From IMG/VR virus record IMGVR_UViG_3300009183_000045: a stretch of 64,000 nucleotides of DNA; one strand, written 5' to 3'. Source of the DNA: a virus. Taxonomy: Duplodnaviria > Caudoviricetes. The notes beneath the pieces are model-generated. The model was not told the DNA's origin and did no database searches. It saw only the letters and a program-made list of their open reading frames with translations. Shown here piece by piece: positions 7,628-15,998 of the stretch; within the stretch, counting starts at the first letter, position 1, and each line of letters begins with the position of its first letter. A program made the position numbers and the translations under genes.

Positions 7628-8443
7628 ATGTACCGCAAAGATGATGTATCGATGGCCGATGTTTACGGTCAAATGAATAAACCAAACAACCAACCAATAG
7701 AGGAAGGTATGTTGGATAGATTATCTACCAGGTATGCCGGGGTCAAAGGAGCTGTACAGGGTGTGGGTGATAGAATAAAAGGATATGGACAAGGCCTTAA
7801 GGCAGCTGGACAATTTGCTACCGGTCAAATAGCAGCAGGGACTGAAACGGCTAAACGGGCAGGAGAAACTATAAAAGGATCTCAGAACGCAGTTTTGCGG
7901 GCTAAGATAGATAATTTGTTGGCTTCAAAATCAAAAGACTTGGTTAATGATTTAGATAAATTAGGATTAAATAGTAAAGACAAACCCCTTACTGCGGATG
8001 ACGTTAGTAGTAAATTAAGAGAAGTTTTAACCAGCAGAGGAATTTCACCAGAAGCTATTGCGGCCACTAGGTCTCATGCACCTGCTGCAGAGGCAACCCC
8101 GGAAGTGACCCCGGAAGTGACCCCGGAAGTGACCCCGGAAGTGACCCCGGAAGTGACCCCGGAAGTGACCCCGGAAGTGACCCCGGAAGATGTGCCAGCA
8201 GATGTGCCAGCGGCAGATGCGACAACATCTTTGCCTTCTATTTCTTCAAAAATAAAAGAACTGCAACAAGAAATTAGTGCTGGAAATGATAAAACCGGTT
8301 CTGCAGCCAAAGAATTAGAAAAATTATTGAAAATTCAAAAGGCAAAAGCAGGCAAACGTGTTAAGGGAATATTTGCAGCTGACAAAAAGGCTTGGAGTGA
8401 ATCTTTCCGAGCTTATTTTAAATCTAAATTTATAATTACATAA
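7628..8443 (+). CDS. Hypothetical (likely virion) protein with TPEV repeats
   Basis: 271 aa; 12-bp tandem repeat inside. Confidence 0.75.
   Translation: MYRKDDVSMADVYGQMNKPNNQPIEEGMLDRLSTRYAGVKGAVQGVGDRIKGYGQGLKAAGQFATGQIAAGTETAKRAGETIKGSQNAVLRAKIDNLLASKSKDLVNDLDKLGLNSKDKPLTADDVSSKLREVLTSRGISPEAIAATRSHAPAAEATPEVTPEVTPEVTPEVTPEVTPEVTPEVTPEDVPADVPAADATTSLPSISSKIKELQQEISAGNDKTGSAAKELEKLLKIQKAKAGKRVKGIFAADKKAWSESFRAYFKSKFIIT
8096..8191 (+). repeat. In-frame 12-bp VNTR ACCCCGGAAGTG x8 (TPEV x7 + TPED)
   Basis: Directly visible. Confidence 0.95.
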
Positions 8444-8543
8444 ATTCTTAGCTGAGTATACACAGCTTGACGACACAGTGAGAGTTCTTGCAAAGGTCGT
8501 TTAAAAATCTGGACAAACTTCACGACAAAACCAGAACAATTTA

Positions 8544-8630
8544 GGACAGTTGGTAGAGAGGTTTATTGCACCGGTCTTGAAAACCGGAGAGGTTTAAAAC
8601 CCTCCGTAGGTTCAAATCCTACACTGTCCG
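8544..8630 (+). tRNA. tRNA-Ser(UGA), long variable arm, CCA not encoded
   Basis: Acceptor GGACAGT/ACTGTCC; anticodon arm CCGGT-CTTGAAA-ACCGG; T-loop GTTCAAATC. Confidence 0.92.
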
Positions 8631-8684
8631 CTCTTAATCAAATTTAAACCATTGATTATACCCTCTTGAGGAATAAGTTTATTT

Positions 8685-9065
8685 ATGACTTTAACCCCAA
8701 TACCAGCAAATGCTCCTACTAATGGAAGTGTAGGAGACAATAATTCTTATGTACAAGTAGGCAATGATTTAGGAAGACAATTTTATGCCCAAGCAGTTTA
8801 TGTTATTGGAGGCAGTAACGGTGTTGGCTTAAATGGTTTCTCAGTAAAGACCGGTACTGGGATTCATGTGGGTCCTTTCAGTATGCTACAAAGCACAGGA
8901 ACCGCTGACAACAATTCAAATTTTAACACAACCTTTAGTTCTTTAACAGCTATGGATGGTGTTGTTTCCACAGGACCAATTACCATTCAGCCAGGAGATC
9001 AAATTTATAATGTTAAGGCATTCTCCCTCACCAATGGTCATGCTATACTAGCATATAATGCATAA
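8685..9065 (+). CDS. Hypothetical beta-rich protein, probably structural
   Basis: 126 aa, Gly/Asn/Thr-rich; TAAGTT-like motif upstream. Confidence 0.65.
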   Translation: MTLTPIPANAPTNGSVGDNNSYVQVGNDLGRQFYAQAVYVIGGSNGVGLNGFSVKTGTGIHVGPFSMLQSTGTADNNSNFNTTFSSLTAMDGVVSTGPITIQPGDQIYNVKAFSLTNGHAILAYNA

Positions 9066-9951
9066 GAATTCAGTTCTCTTTTATACCCAGAATCGATGGG
9101 CATTTGGACAAATTCACCATTCTCTTATTAAGAGACTTTGGTCACATGGAATATATGCTCATCTATTGGATTGGACTCAGAGTTATACACATAAAGAGTT
9201 TCAGCTCCTGAACTCGAGGTATGACACATTTATAACCACCCCCGAGGCAGTACATTCATTACTGGGTCGTGGTATATCTCCGAGCAAGATTGTGACAGTG
9301 GCACATGCAGAAAAAGATATTGCTGGTGGAATTCAGACTATTGGGACCGAAGCCTTTAATTCTTTGAAAGGTTACGGTGTTGTACATAAGGACCTCATAC
9401 TGGCTTCTATGGCCCGAGGAATAACTAGACGCCCAGGACTTGTGAAGGTGGGAATAGACTTTGATCATTACTATACACCCATATCAGACAGTTTAAAAGT
9501 TGTAGGGTACGCCGGAGAAAACTTACACAAAACAGTACACAATATAGACTGCAAGAGAATTCATCTGATTGCGTCTGTCATGGATGGGCTCCCTCTTGAA
9601 TTAAAAACACATGAATTTTACAACCATATATGTATGTCGGGTTATTATCCAACAATTGATGCCTTATTAGTTCCTTCATCCAGTGAAACTGCTGGACTAC
9701 CTTTTATGGAAGCAGCTGCGGCTGGCCGGTTAGTGATATCCACTGAAGTGGGGTATTTCAATGGTGAGGCTGGTCTTGTTTGTCGCACACCTGAAGAAGA
9801 GTTTATTGTAGATGCTCGAGCGGCCTTGCATCGTTGTATGGATCCTCGGGCATATAAGTTGGAGTGCGAACGCTCTCAACAGTACGCTAAAGACAATTTT
9901 GACTGGGATGTGGTTATAAAAGATTGGATTAATATTATTTATAATTCTTGA
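9058..9951 (+). CDS. Glycosyltransferase (GT-B, GT4-like)
   Basis: LLVPSSSETAGLPFMEAAAAGRLVIST matches the E-x7-E GT4 signature. Confidence 0.8.
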   Translation: MHKNSVLFYTQNRWAFGQIHHSLIKRLWSHGIYAHLLDWTQSYTHKEFQLLNSRYDTFITTPEAVHSLLGRGISPSKIVTVAHAEKDIAGGIQTIGTEAFNSLKGYGVVHKDLILASMARGITRRPGLVKVGIDFDHYYTPISDSLKVVGYAGENLHKTVHNIDCKRIHLIASVMDGLPLELKTHEFYNHICMSGYYPTIDALLVPSSSETAGLPFMEAAAAGRLVISTEVGYFNGEAGLVCRTPEEEFIVDARAALHRCMDPRAYKLECERSQQYAKDNFDWDVVIKDWINIIYNS

Positions 9952-9975
9952 TTCCTAGAAAAAAAGAAGTATAAT
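9948..9975 (+). promoter_or_regulatory. sigma70-type promoter for tRNA-Arg/Gln
   Basis: TTGATT-N16-TATAAT, 10 nt before tRNA-Arg. Confidence 0.7.
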
Positions 9976-9985
9976 ATTCGTAATA

Positions 9986-10062
9986 GCAATCATAGCTCAA
10001 TTGGATAGAGCACCGACCTTCTAAGCCGGTGGTTGTGGGTTCGATCCCCGCTGATTGCACCA
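9986..10062 (+). tRNA. tRNA-Arg(UCU), CCA encoded
   Basis: Acceptor GCAATCA/TGATTGC; anticodon loop CTTCTAA; GTTCGATC; one A-C mismatch in the anticodon stem. Confidence 0.92.
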
Positions 10063-10065
10063 TAT

Positions 10066-10139
10066 AGCCCGTTGGTGTAATGGTAACACAGGAGATTTTG
10101 AATCTCTTATTCCAAGTTCGAATCTTGGGCGGGCTACCA
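10066..10139 (+). tRNA. tRNA-Gln(UUG), CCA encoded
   Basis: Acceptor AGCCCGT/GCGGGCT; anticodon loop TTTTGAA; CCAAG-TTCGAAT-CTTGG. Confidence 0.92.
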
Positions 10140-10144
10140 TTTTT

Positions 10145-10384
10145 ATGACAGAATCAGACCTACACTGGATTATAGAATCAATAGATAAGCAATTGTCAAA
10201 AATAAACCCTTATGGAAATTGGTTAGATACTACAGTAATTCCTCTTTTAGAATTACGCAACAATTTTTTAAGAAAATTTCACTCTGATAATTCAGAGACA
10301 GATTGGTCTATTAAAGACCCTCAAGCAGTAAAAATATTAAAAAGATTAAATTGGGAAGTAAAATATGAACTTAAAAAATTATAA
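10145..10384 (+). CDS. Hypothetical protein
   Basis: Track ORF 10055 trimmed to ATG 10145 because the upstream part is tRNA. Confidence 0.6.
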   Translation: MTESDLHWIIESIDKQLSKINPYGNWLDTTVIPLLELRNNFLRKFHSDNSETDWSIKDPQAVKILKRLNWEVKYELKKL

Positions 10385-10401
10385 AAGATTATTCTTTTAA
10401 T

Positions 10402-11001
10402 ATGAAAAATTTAGATTTTTTGGAAATCGGAACAAGTGATTTTGATACTTTAATTCAAAAATGTTCTGATCAAGATACCGGACTGGTTATAGAACCTCTT
10501 AAATATTATTTAGACAGGTTACCAGATAAACCCAAGGTAACCAAATTACAATTAGCTGTGTCATTTAATGACAAAGAAGAAATGGGATTTTTATATTATA
10601 TTCACCCAGATGATATATTAAAACATAATTTACCTTTTTGGTTGAGAGGATGTAACAAGATAGGAGATTTTCATTTTCAACATATAAAATTGGGCATTCA
10701 ACACTTAATTAGAAAAGAAGAAGTGTTGTTGGTTCCTATATCTAGAATTTTAAAGGAACACGAAGTTCAAGAAATAGGTATACTAAAAATAGATACAGAG
10801 GGTGCAGACTGTCAAATTTTATTAAGATTTTTTCTATATCTTAAAGAAAATAAAAAAAGTACACCAAAACAAATTATTTTTGAAAACAATGGTTTGACGT
10901 GCCCGGTTCAATTACAAGAAGTTTTAAAAGTTGCTACAGAATTGGGATACATTATTGGAAGACAACAAGGAGATGAACTTGTTTTAAATTACTTGGTGTA
11001 A
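10402..11001 (+). CDS. FkbM-family SAM methyltransferase-like protein
   Basis: FLEIGT motif I, VIEP, ILKIDTEGAD, IIFE motifs. Confidence 0.8.
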   Translation: MKNLDFLEIGTSDFDTLIQKCSDQDTGLVIEPLKYYLDRLPDKPKVTKLQLAVSFNDKEEMGFLYYIHPDDILKHNLPFWLRGCNKIGDFHFQHIKLGIQHLIRKEEVLLVPISRILKEHEVQEIGILKIDTEGADCQILLRFFLYLKENKKSTPKQIIFENNGLTCPVQLQEVLKVATELGYIIGRQQGDELVLNYLV

Positions 11002-11582
11002 AAATCTTTAAAAGTTTTTATTTCTTTCAAAACTTCAAGGTATCCCTCTTCTTCTGAGGGATACCTTTTTAGTATTTTATTAAGATGAGTAGCTTCCACT
11101 GCTGTAGTATCCCTCCCCAATAAACATTCTGCGAGGTAGTCCATGGGTTCCATTACTCCGGGTTCATTACTTGCTATAGCATTAAGGATTAATTGTTTAT
11201 CCGCATCTTCAATGTTAGTCCGTCCACCGCTTTGATATTTGACAATAAAATCTCTTTGTTCCAAAGTCAACAATACAGGTTCCTTTGTCCTGTATTTTAA
11301 AGACAGTAAGAAATCTCTAATTGTGTTTTTGAGGGAAGGAATTAAAAAATTAGGAGGACGGGATAAAATTGTATCAACAGCAACCTCGTATCCATTAGTG
11401 TTATACACCTGATACCACTCCAGTTCTTTTACAGACGGAGGAACATTTAGCACATCTAGATAGGCTCTTCTAATCAATTGGGTTTCTTTTATTTTTACAA
11501 CTTCTGCCCCCCCGTTTCCAAAAGAGGCACAGCACATTAAAAAACTTATCAACCCAACGACAAACGTCAACAGAGTTTTCAT
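10989..11582 (-). CDS. Secreted protein with DUF1549/DUF1553-like helical motif
   Basis: Signal peptide; LIRRAYLDVLNVPPSVKEL motif; TAAGTA 4 nt before ATG. Confidence 0.6.
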   Translation of the reverse strand: MKTLLTFVVGLISFLMCCASFGNGGAEVVKIKETQLIRRAYLDVLNVPPSVKELEWYQVYNTNGYEVAVDTILSRPPNFLIPSLKNTIRDFLLSLKYRTKEPVLLTLEQRDFIVKYQSGGRTNIEDADKQLILNAIASNEPGVMEPMDYLAECLLGRDTTAVEATHLNKILKRYPSEEEGYLEVLKEIKTFKDFYTK

Positions 11583-11622
11583 GTAAATACTTAGTCTTTT
11601 TTGAAAAAGTTTATGAAAAGCC

Positions 11623-11657
11623 GTGGAGTTCCCTTCTTTAGAGGTTATTATTATAAC
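11623..11657 (+). promoter_or_regulatory. Early cassette promoter
   Basis: GTGGAG, 17-bp spacer TTCCCTTCTTTAGAGGT, TATTAT at 11646. Confidence 0.75.
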
Positions 11658-11669
11658 AACATAAAAGTT

Positions 11670-11921
11670 ATGACAACAACAACAACAAACCCAAACATCG
11701 TAATCCGTAACCTCACAGACGTAACCTTCACAGATATGTGTCCTACGACTGATAAGACAACCAAGCTTCAGGCAGTTGCAGAAGCAATCAACCCCTCAAA
11801 GTACAACATCATCGGCCTAGTTGATAGGACCAATAATGTAATTCTTGAGACTCGCTTCCACAATGTTCGTGACAATAAGGGCCGCTTTGCCCGTGTGGTG
11901 GGTAATCGTCGCAAGCGTTAA
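11670..11921 (+). CDS. Small basic-tailed early protein, monocistronic
   Basis: Start reassigned to ATG 11670; C-ending codons; RDNKGRF motif; terminator follows. Confidence 0.75.
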   Translation: MTTTTTNPNIVIRNLTDVTFTDMCPTTDKTTKLQAVAEAINPSKYNIIGLVDRTNNVILETRFHNVRDNKGRFARVVGNRRKR

Positions 11922-11941
11922 TATTAAATAATCTTTAACCC

Positions 11942-11975
11942 AAAATGCCTCTAATTAATTTTAGAGGCATTTTTT
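11942..11975. terminator. Bidirectional Rho-independent terminator
   Basis: AAAATGCCTCTAA-TTAAT-TTAGAGGCATTTT between convergent genes. Confidence 0.85.
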
Positions 11976-12219
11976 ATTGTTTAAATATGCAAGCTGACAC
12001 TAATAATAAAATTTTATAATCCTCATCTGCATTACTAAAATCATATTCCAACAAAACCTCTTCAAGCATTTCATCCAGATCTCCGTCTTTAAAAGATTCA
12101 CGGACGTGTTTTAGAAGATCTTTAGAAGTAGGATTTTCCTTATTGGAGACAAACTCATAATCATTTATTAAGAATTCTCTCGTTTCTGTTATCAATTCTA
12201 TGGTATCTCCTACATTCAT
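11974..12219 (-). CDS. Acidic hypothetical protein
   Basis: 81-aa ORF. Confidence 0.6.
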   Translation of the reverse strand: MNVGDTIELITETREFLINDYEFVSNKENPTSKDLLKHVRESFKDGDLDEMLEEVLLEYDFSNADEDYKILLLVSACIFKQ

Positions 12220-12289
12220 TTCTAATATATATACTCTATGTCCAGTATTTAAGAAAAAATCTGAGAGATAATAAGAGATAAGTAATAGT

Positions 12290-12577
12290 ATGCATAAAAT
12301 TTGTCTTAATAGTTATTATATAAAATTATTTTTATATGTTGTTACAGCATCTTTGACCGCACTTCTAGCGGATTTACAACATTATATTTGTCATTTTGGG
12401 GGAGATTTAAAAATCACTTGGTCTCAGCTTTTAATGGTTTTTATAAATTTTGCCTTACAAGGGTTAATTGCTTGGAGAGCTTTTATAGATGATTCTTCAG
12501 AAAAAAAAATAAAAAATGTTGACGTTCCATCACTTTTAACAGAAAATACCAATACAACAAATCCAAATATTAAATGA
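12290..12577 (+). CDS. 2-TM membrane protein, holin-like
   Basis: Two hydrophobic segments and charged C-tail; TAAGTA 12279-12284. Confidence 0.55.
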   Translation: MHKICLNSYYIKLFLYVVTASLTALLADLQHYICHFGGDLKITWSQLLMVFINFALQGLIAWRAFIDDSSEKKIKNVDVPSLLTENTNTTNPNIK

Positions 12578-12783
12578 ACTTAGAACAATACATCACTCAA
12601 GAAAACGGCGTCTATATTGTAGATGCGGAAAAACATAATAAAGAAAATGACATTCAATTAGAGAGTGGTGACATTTTTCACTGCATCCTTGATGGATGTA
12701 AATGTGTAGTCAAAGCTTTTGAAAAAGTTAAAGGAGATACTCTTTTTGAATTGCATATTATTAAAAAAACCGCTAAGATTTAA
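12574..12783 (+). CDS. Hypothetical protein
   Basis: 69 aa, ATGA-type overlap with upstream gene. Confidence 0.65.
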   Translation: MNLEQYITQENGVYIVDAEKHNKENDIQLESGDIFHCILDGCKCVVKAFEKVKGDTLFELHIIKKTAKI

Positions 12784-12785
12784 AT

Positions 12786-13118
12786 ATGGAAGAAATGCAA
12801 GAGTTGGCTCGTAAAGTAAAGGCTACAAATATTCAAGTAGTAGTAGATGATCCAGAATGGCAAACTTTAAGAGTGTGGCTCAAAGGTAAATGGGTTGAAC
12901 ACGGTCCAGAGTGTGTTAATAAATTAAGAAAATATTTTGAAGTGGATAAAAGTAATCCTTGGAGAGTGCGCCGAGTTCTTAATTATGTTACTTGTTCTGG
13001 GTTTCGGACCGGAGCAATTAAAGAGACTTCTGTAGACTCTCTTAGGGATGAAGTGCGAAATATTTGGAGTATTATGCTAGGAGATAAAGCCACCCATCGC
13101 GCAGGAGGCAAATTGTAA
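12786..13118 (+). CDS. Hypothetical protein
   Basis: 110 aa, tightly packed. Confidence 0.7.
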   Translation: MEEMQELARKVKATNIQVVVDDPEWQTLRVWLKGKWVEHGPECVNKLRKYFEVDKSNPWRVRRVLNYVTCSGFRTGAIKETSVDSLRDEVRNIWSIMLGDKATHRAGGKL

Positions 13119-13168
13119 ACTAATATCCCTTCAATAGCAGTTGAAGCCTAGTAAAGCTAAGTATTAAC

Positions 13169-14062
13169 ATGTTTAATTATTTAGTTGGACTGGTTGCTTT
13201 GATTGTGGCTTCTTGTGCTGCTTTTTTTTCGGTACAGGGTCTAGCAAATTTATATGCAGGGCAGTTTCTTGCTGTGTGCATAATGGCCTCTAGTTTAGAG
13301 GTGGGAAAACTGGTAGCTGCCAGTTATTTACAGCGTTATTGGAATAAAACCGCAGGCCTTTTAAAAACTTATCTGGTAACTGCGGTGTTGATATTAATGT
13401 GTATCACATCATTGGGTATATTTGGATTTTTAACAGGAGCTTATCAGGCAAATAATTCCAAAGTAGAATTGGTGGATTCTAAGCAAGACAATACTAATTC
13501 AAAGAAAGTATTTTTGGAACAAGAAATAGCTTCTTTAAACCAGCGTTTGGTTGTATTAAACAATGCCAGAGAATCCCAGGAAAAACGTTTGTCTGGATTG
13601 TCCAGTAGAGCCGCAAAGCCGGTGTATGATGATATAGAACGATCTGGGAAGGAGATATCTGAAATACATGATAAAATAAATAATATATCCAAGGAAGTTT
13701 TAAACTCTGGCGAACAAATAATAGAATTAACAGAAGAAAAACATAAATCTTCTGATATTGGAACTTTACAATTTGTTGCAAAGATCTTTGAGGTGCCAGT
13801 TGATTTGGTGGTTAAATGGTTAACCCTTGCTATTGTATTTGTTTTTGATCCCTTGGCTATTTGTTTAATTCTAGCATTTAACAGTGTACAAAAAAAATAT
13901 GTTACAGAAGAAACAATAGTTCTTCCAATTAAACCCACAGACTTACCCATTACTGCGCCAGCAGAAATTATAAAAGAACCTGTAGAAGAGCCTATAGAAG
14001 AAAATATACACGAATTTGTTCAAGGACCGGGTCGTGGGTTTGTTGCTCGATATAAGAAATAA
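13169..14062 (+). CDS. Membrane protein with central coiled coil
   Basis: 3 N-terminal TM segments, coiled coil, C-terminal TM (VFDPLAICLILA); TAAGTA 13158-13163. Confidence 0.75.
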   Translation: MFNYLVGLVALIVASCAAFFSVQGLANLYAGQFLAVCIMASSLEVGKLVAASYLQRYWNKTAGLLKTYLVTAVLILMCITSLGIFGFLTGAYQANNSKVELVDSKQDNTNSKKVFLEQEIASLNQRLVVLNNARESQEKRLSGLSSRAAKPVYDDIERSGKEISEIHDKINNISKEVLNSGEQIIELTEEKHKSSDIGTLQFVAKIFEVPVDLVVKWLTLAIVFVFDPLAICLILAFNSVQKKYVTEETIVLPIKPTDLPITAPAEIIKEPVEEPIEENIHEFVQGPGRGFVARYKK

Positions 14063-14078
14063 TTTAATAAGTAAAATT

Positions 14079-14444
14079 ATGGCCATTAGATTCTTAGATG
14101 ATATAACCGCAGACGGTTCTAGTACTTTTGCTGATAATATATCAGCACACGATTTTTTTGCAGATAGTGGCCTCTTAATGAATTCACTATGTGCAGTGAG
14201 TGCCATCTTAACAGAATTAGTAGCTAATACCGATAGAGTTGCTTGGAATAATGTTGTCACTGTAGTTTCATTGGGAGCAGATAAATGGGATCAGGCTTAT
14301 AACTACATATTATCCACCAGTGCCATAGAAGTTAATCAAGAATTAGTTACAACGTTTGTGTTAAATAACTCTGCAAATATTCTTACCGCTAATGAAATGG
14401 TTTTAAATACACCTTATTTTATCACAGATGGTGGGTTCATTTAG
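14079..14444 (+). CDS. Tail-fibre-associated structural protein
   Basis: Start moved to ATG 14079 (TAAGTA 14068-14073); ends TDGGFI like fibre-associated DGG motifs. Confidence 0.65.
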   Translation: MAIRFLDDITADGSSTFADNISAHDFFADSGLLMNSLCAVSAILTELVANTDRVAWNNVVTVVSLGADKWDQAYNYILSTSAIEVNQELVTTFVLNNSANILTANEMVLNTPYFITDGGFI

Positions 14445-14459
14445 TAAGTATTAAAAAAT

Positions 14460-15974
14460 ATGTCTCCTTATACCTCCAACATTTTAGCCATTAAACGCAG
14501 ATTAGAAGGTGCAGCCGGTGCACCAGTTGGTTTATCTGCAGCCGAACTTGCATATAATCAGGTAGATAACACTCTTTATTATGGCTTTAGTAGTCTAGAT
14601 ACAAATACAGTTACTTCTATTGCTATAGCGGGGTCTGGTGCCTATGTTTCCCTGGCAGGCAATCAAGATGTTTACGGCAACAAAACCTTTAACGGAGATG
14701 TAACTTTTAACAATCCAGTTTCTTTTAGAAATAGTGATTTTAATTTTGGCAACTTTACTTCTTATAATAGTTTATCTTCTGTGGGTATTACTACATTAAG
14801 TGCAACCAATTTTGTCGGGGTTGATGTTATAGTAGATGCTTCCACGGTAACAACATTGGTTTCTACTGCGCCAACCGATGACAAGAGCAACAAAGCGGCC
14901 TCTACAGCTTTTGTGCATGGGATGGTTGATTCTGTTGTTGGGTCTCTTTCAAGTGGCATAGTGGATACATCTACCAATCAAATTATAGAAGGCAACAAAA
15001 CTTTTATAGGATATACCACCCTTTCCTCCGTTAACATGGGATTTTCTAAAATAACAACTTTAGGAGATCCAGAAGGAGATTATGATGCGGTTAATAAAAG
15101 GTATGTAGATGGCATAGCCTCTTCTATAAACATCCATCCAGCAGTTAAAGCTGCTACAACTATACCAGTTGCAGGAGCCGTTTATAATCCAGCAGATTAT
15201 GGTCTTAATGATACTCTAGTGTGGAGTTTTGGTGGATCTCATACAGTAATTCCTTCTTCACACATAATCGGAGCCATAGACGGCGTGGATCTTTATATAG
15301 AAAGTAGAGTATTAATCAAAGATCAACAAGACCCAATACAAAACGGCGTTTGGTTGGTTGACAGTATTGTCGCCAATGGAGTAAACCATGATGTAACATT
15401 TATAAGGGCTTCAGATTATAATCAAAGCATACCAGGTGAAGTGGCTGCTGGGGATTATCTGTTTGTTACAGAAGGGACAGTTAACGCCAATAGAGGGTTT
15501 GTTCAAATTTCTACTGGTACTGGCACCGGTGGAGTTATAATCATCGGAATAGACCCCATTACATTTAGCCAATTTTCCGGCGCTGGGCAAATTACCGCTG
15601 GCACTGGACTTAAAAAGGAAGGTGACACCTTAAGTCTTACAGACGTGGGTGTTGAGGGCTCTTATTTGAGTGTCACCACAGATGGTCAGGGTCGTGTTAC
15701 AAGTGGTAGAAACCCTAATTCCTTAGTGGGTTTATCCGGAGTAGCAATGTCTGAAAGGCAATTGCCTTTGTACACTGGGACAAGTTCTGTATGTGCTGTA
15801 TCATTGACAAATTTTGGTGAGACCTTAATAGGCAGTACTTCTTATTATACAGCAAGTGCTGCTTTAGGATTAGGAGATTTGGCCTTTCAGTCTTCCTCTA
15901 ATGTGTCTTTTACAGGCGGCACCATTCAAGGGGTGACAGTTGTCGACTCTTATATAGATGCTGGCACATTCTAA
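14460..15974 (+). CDS. Tail fibre / fibre-base protein
   Basis: AAELAYN, GNKTF, DAVNKRYVD, VLIKDQQDPIQNGVW, ITFSQFSG, VTTDGQGRVT, IDAGTF motifs common in phage fibre proteins. Confidence 0.75.
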   Translation: MSPYTSNILAIKRRLEGAAGAPVGLSAAELAYNQVDNTLYYGFSSLDTNTVTSIAIAGSGAYVSLAGNQDVYGNKTFNGDVTFNNPVSFRNSDFNFGNFTSYNSLSSVGITTLSATNFVGVDVIVDASTVTTLVSTAPTDDKSNKAASTAFVHGMVDSVVGSLSSGIVDTSTNQIIEGNKTFIGYTTLSSVNMGFSKITTLGDPEGDYDAVNKRYVDGIASSINIHPAVKAATTIPVAGAVYNPADYGLNDTLVWSFGGSHTVIPSSHIIGAIDGVDLYIESRVLIKDQQDPIQNGVWLVDSIVANGVNHDVTFIRASDYNQSIPGEVAAGDYLFVTEGTVNANRGFVQISTGTGTGGVIIIGIDPITFSQFSGAGQITAGTGLKKEGDTLSLTDVGVEGSYLSVTTDGQGRVTSGRNPNSLVGLSGVAMSERQLPLYTGTSSVCAVSLTNFGETLIGSTSYYTASAALGLGDLAFQSSSNVSFTGGTIQGVTVVDSYIDAGTF

Positions 15975-15998
15975 CCTACTTAACGCATAAGTAGTAAT

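Noticed and set aside
8631-8684. HDV-like (theta) ribozyme after the CCA-less tRNA-Ser
   Set aside because: The trailer is short and AT-rich, and I could not build the nested double pseudoknot.
10055-10144. N-terminal extension of the 10055 ORF
   Set aside because: Overlaps tRNA-Arg 3' end and all of tRNA-Gln.
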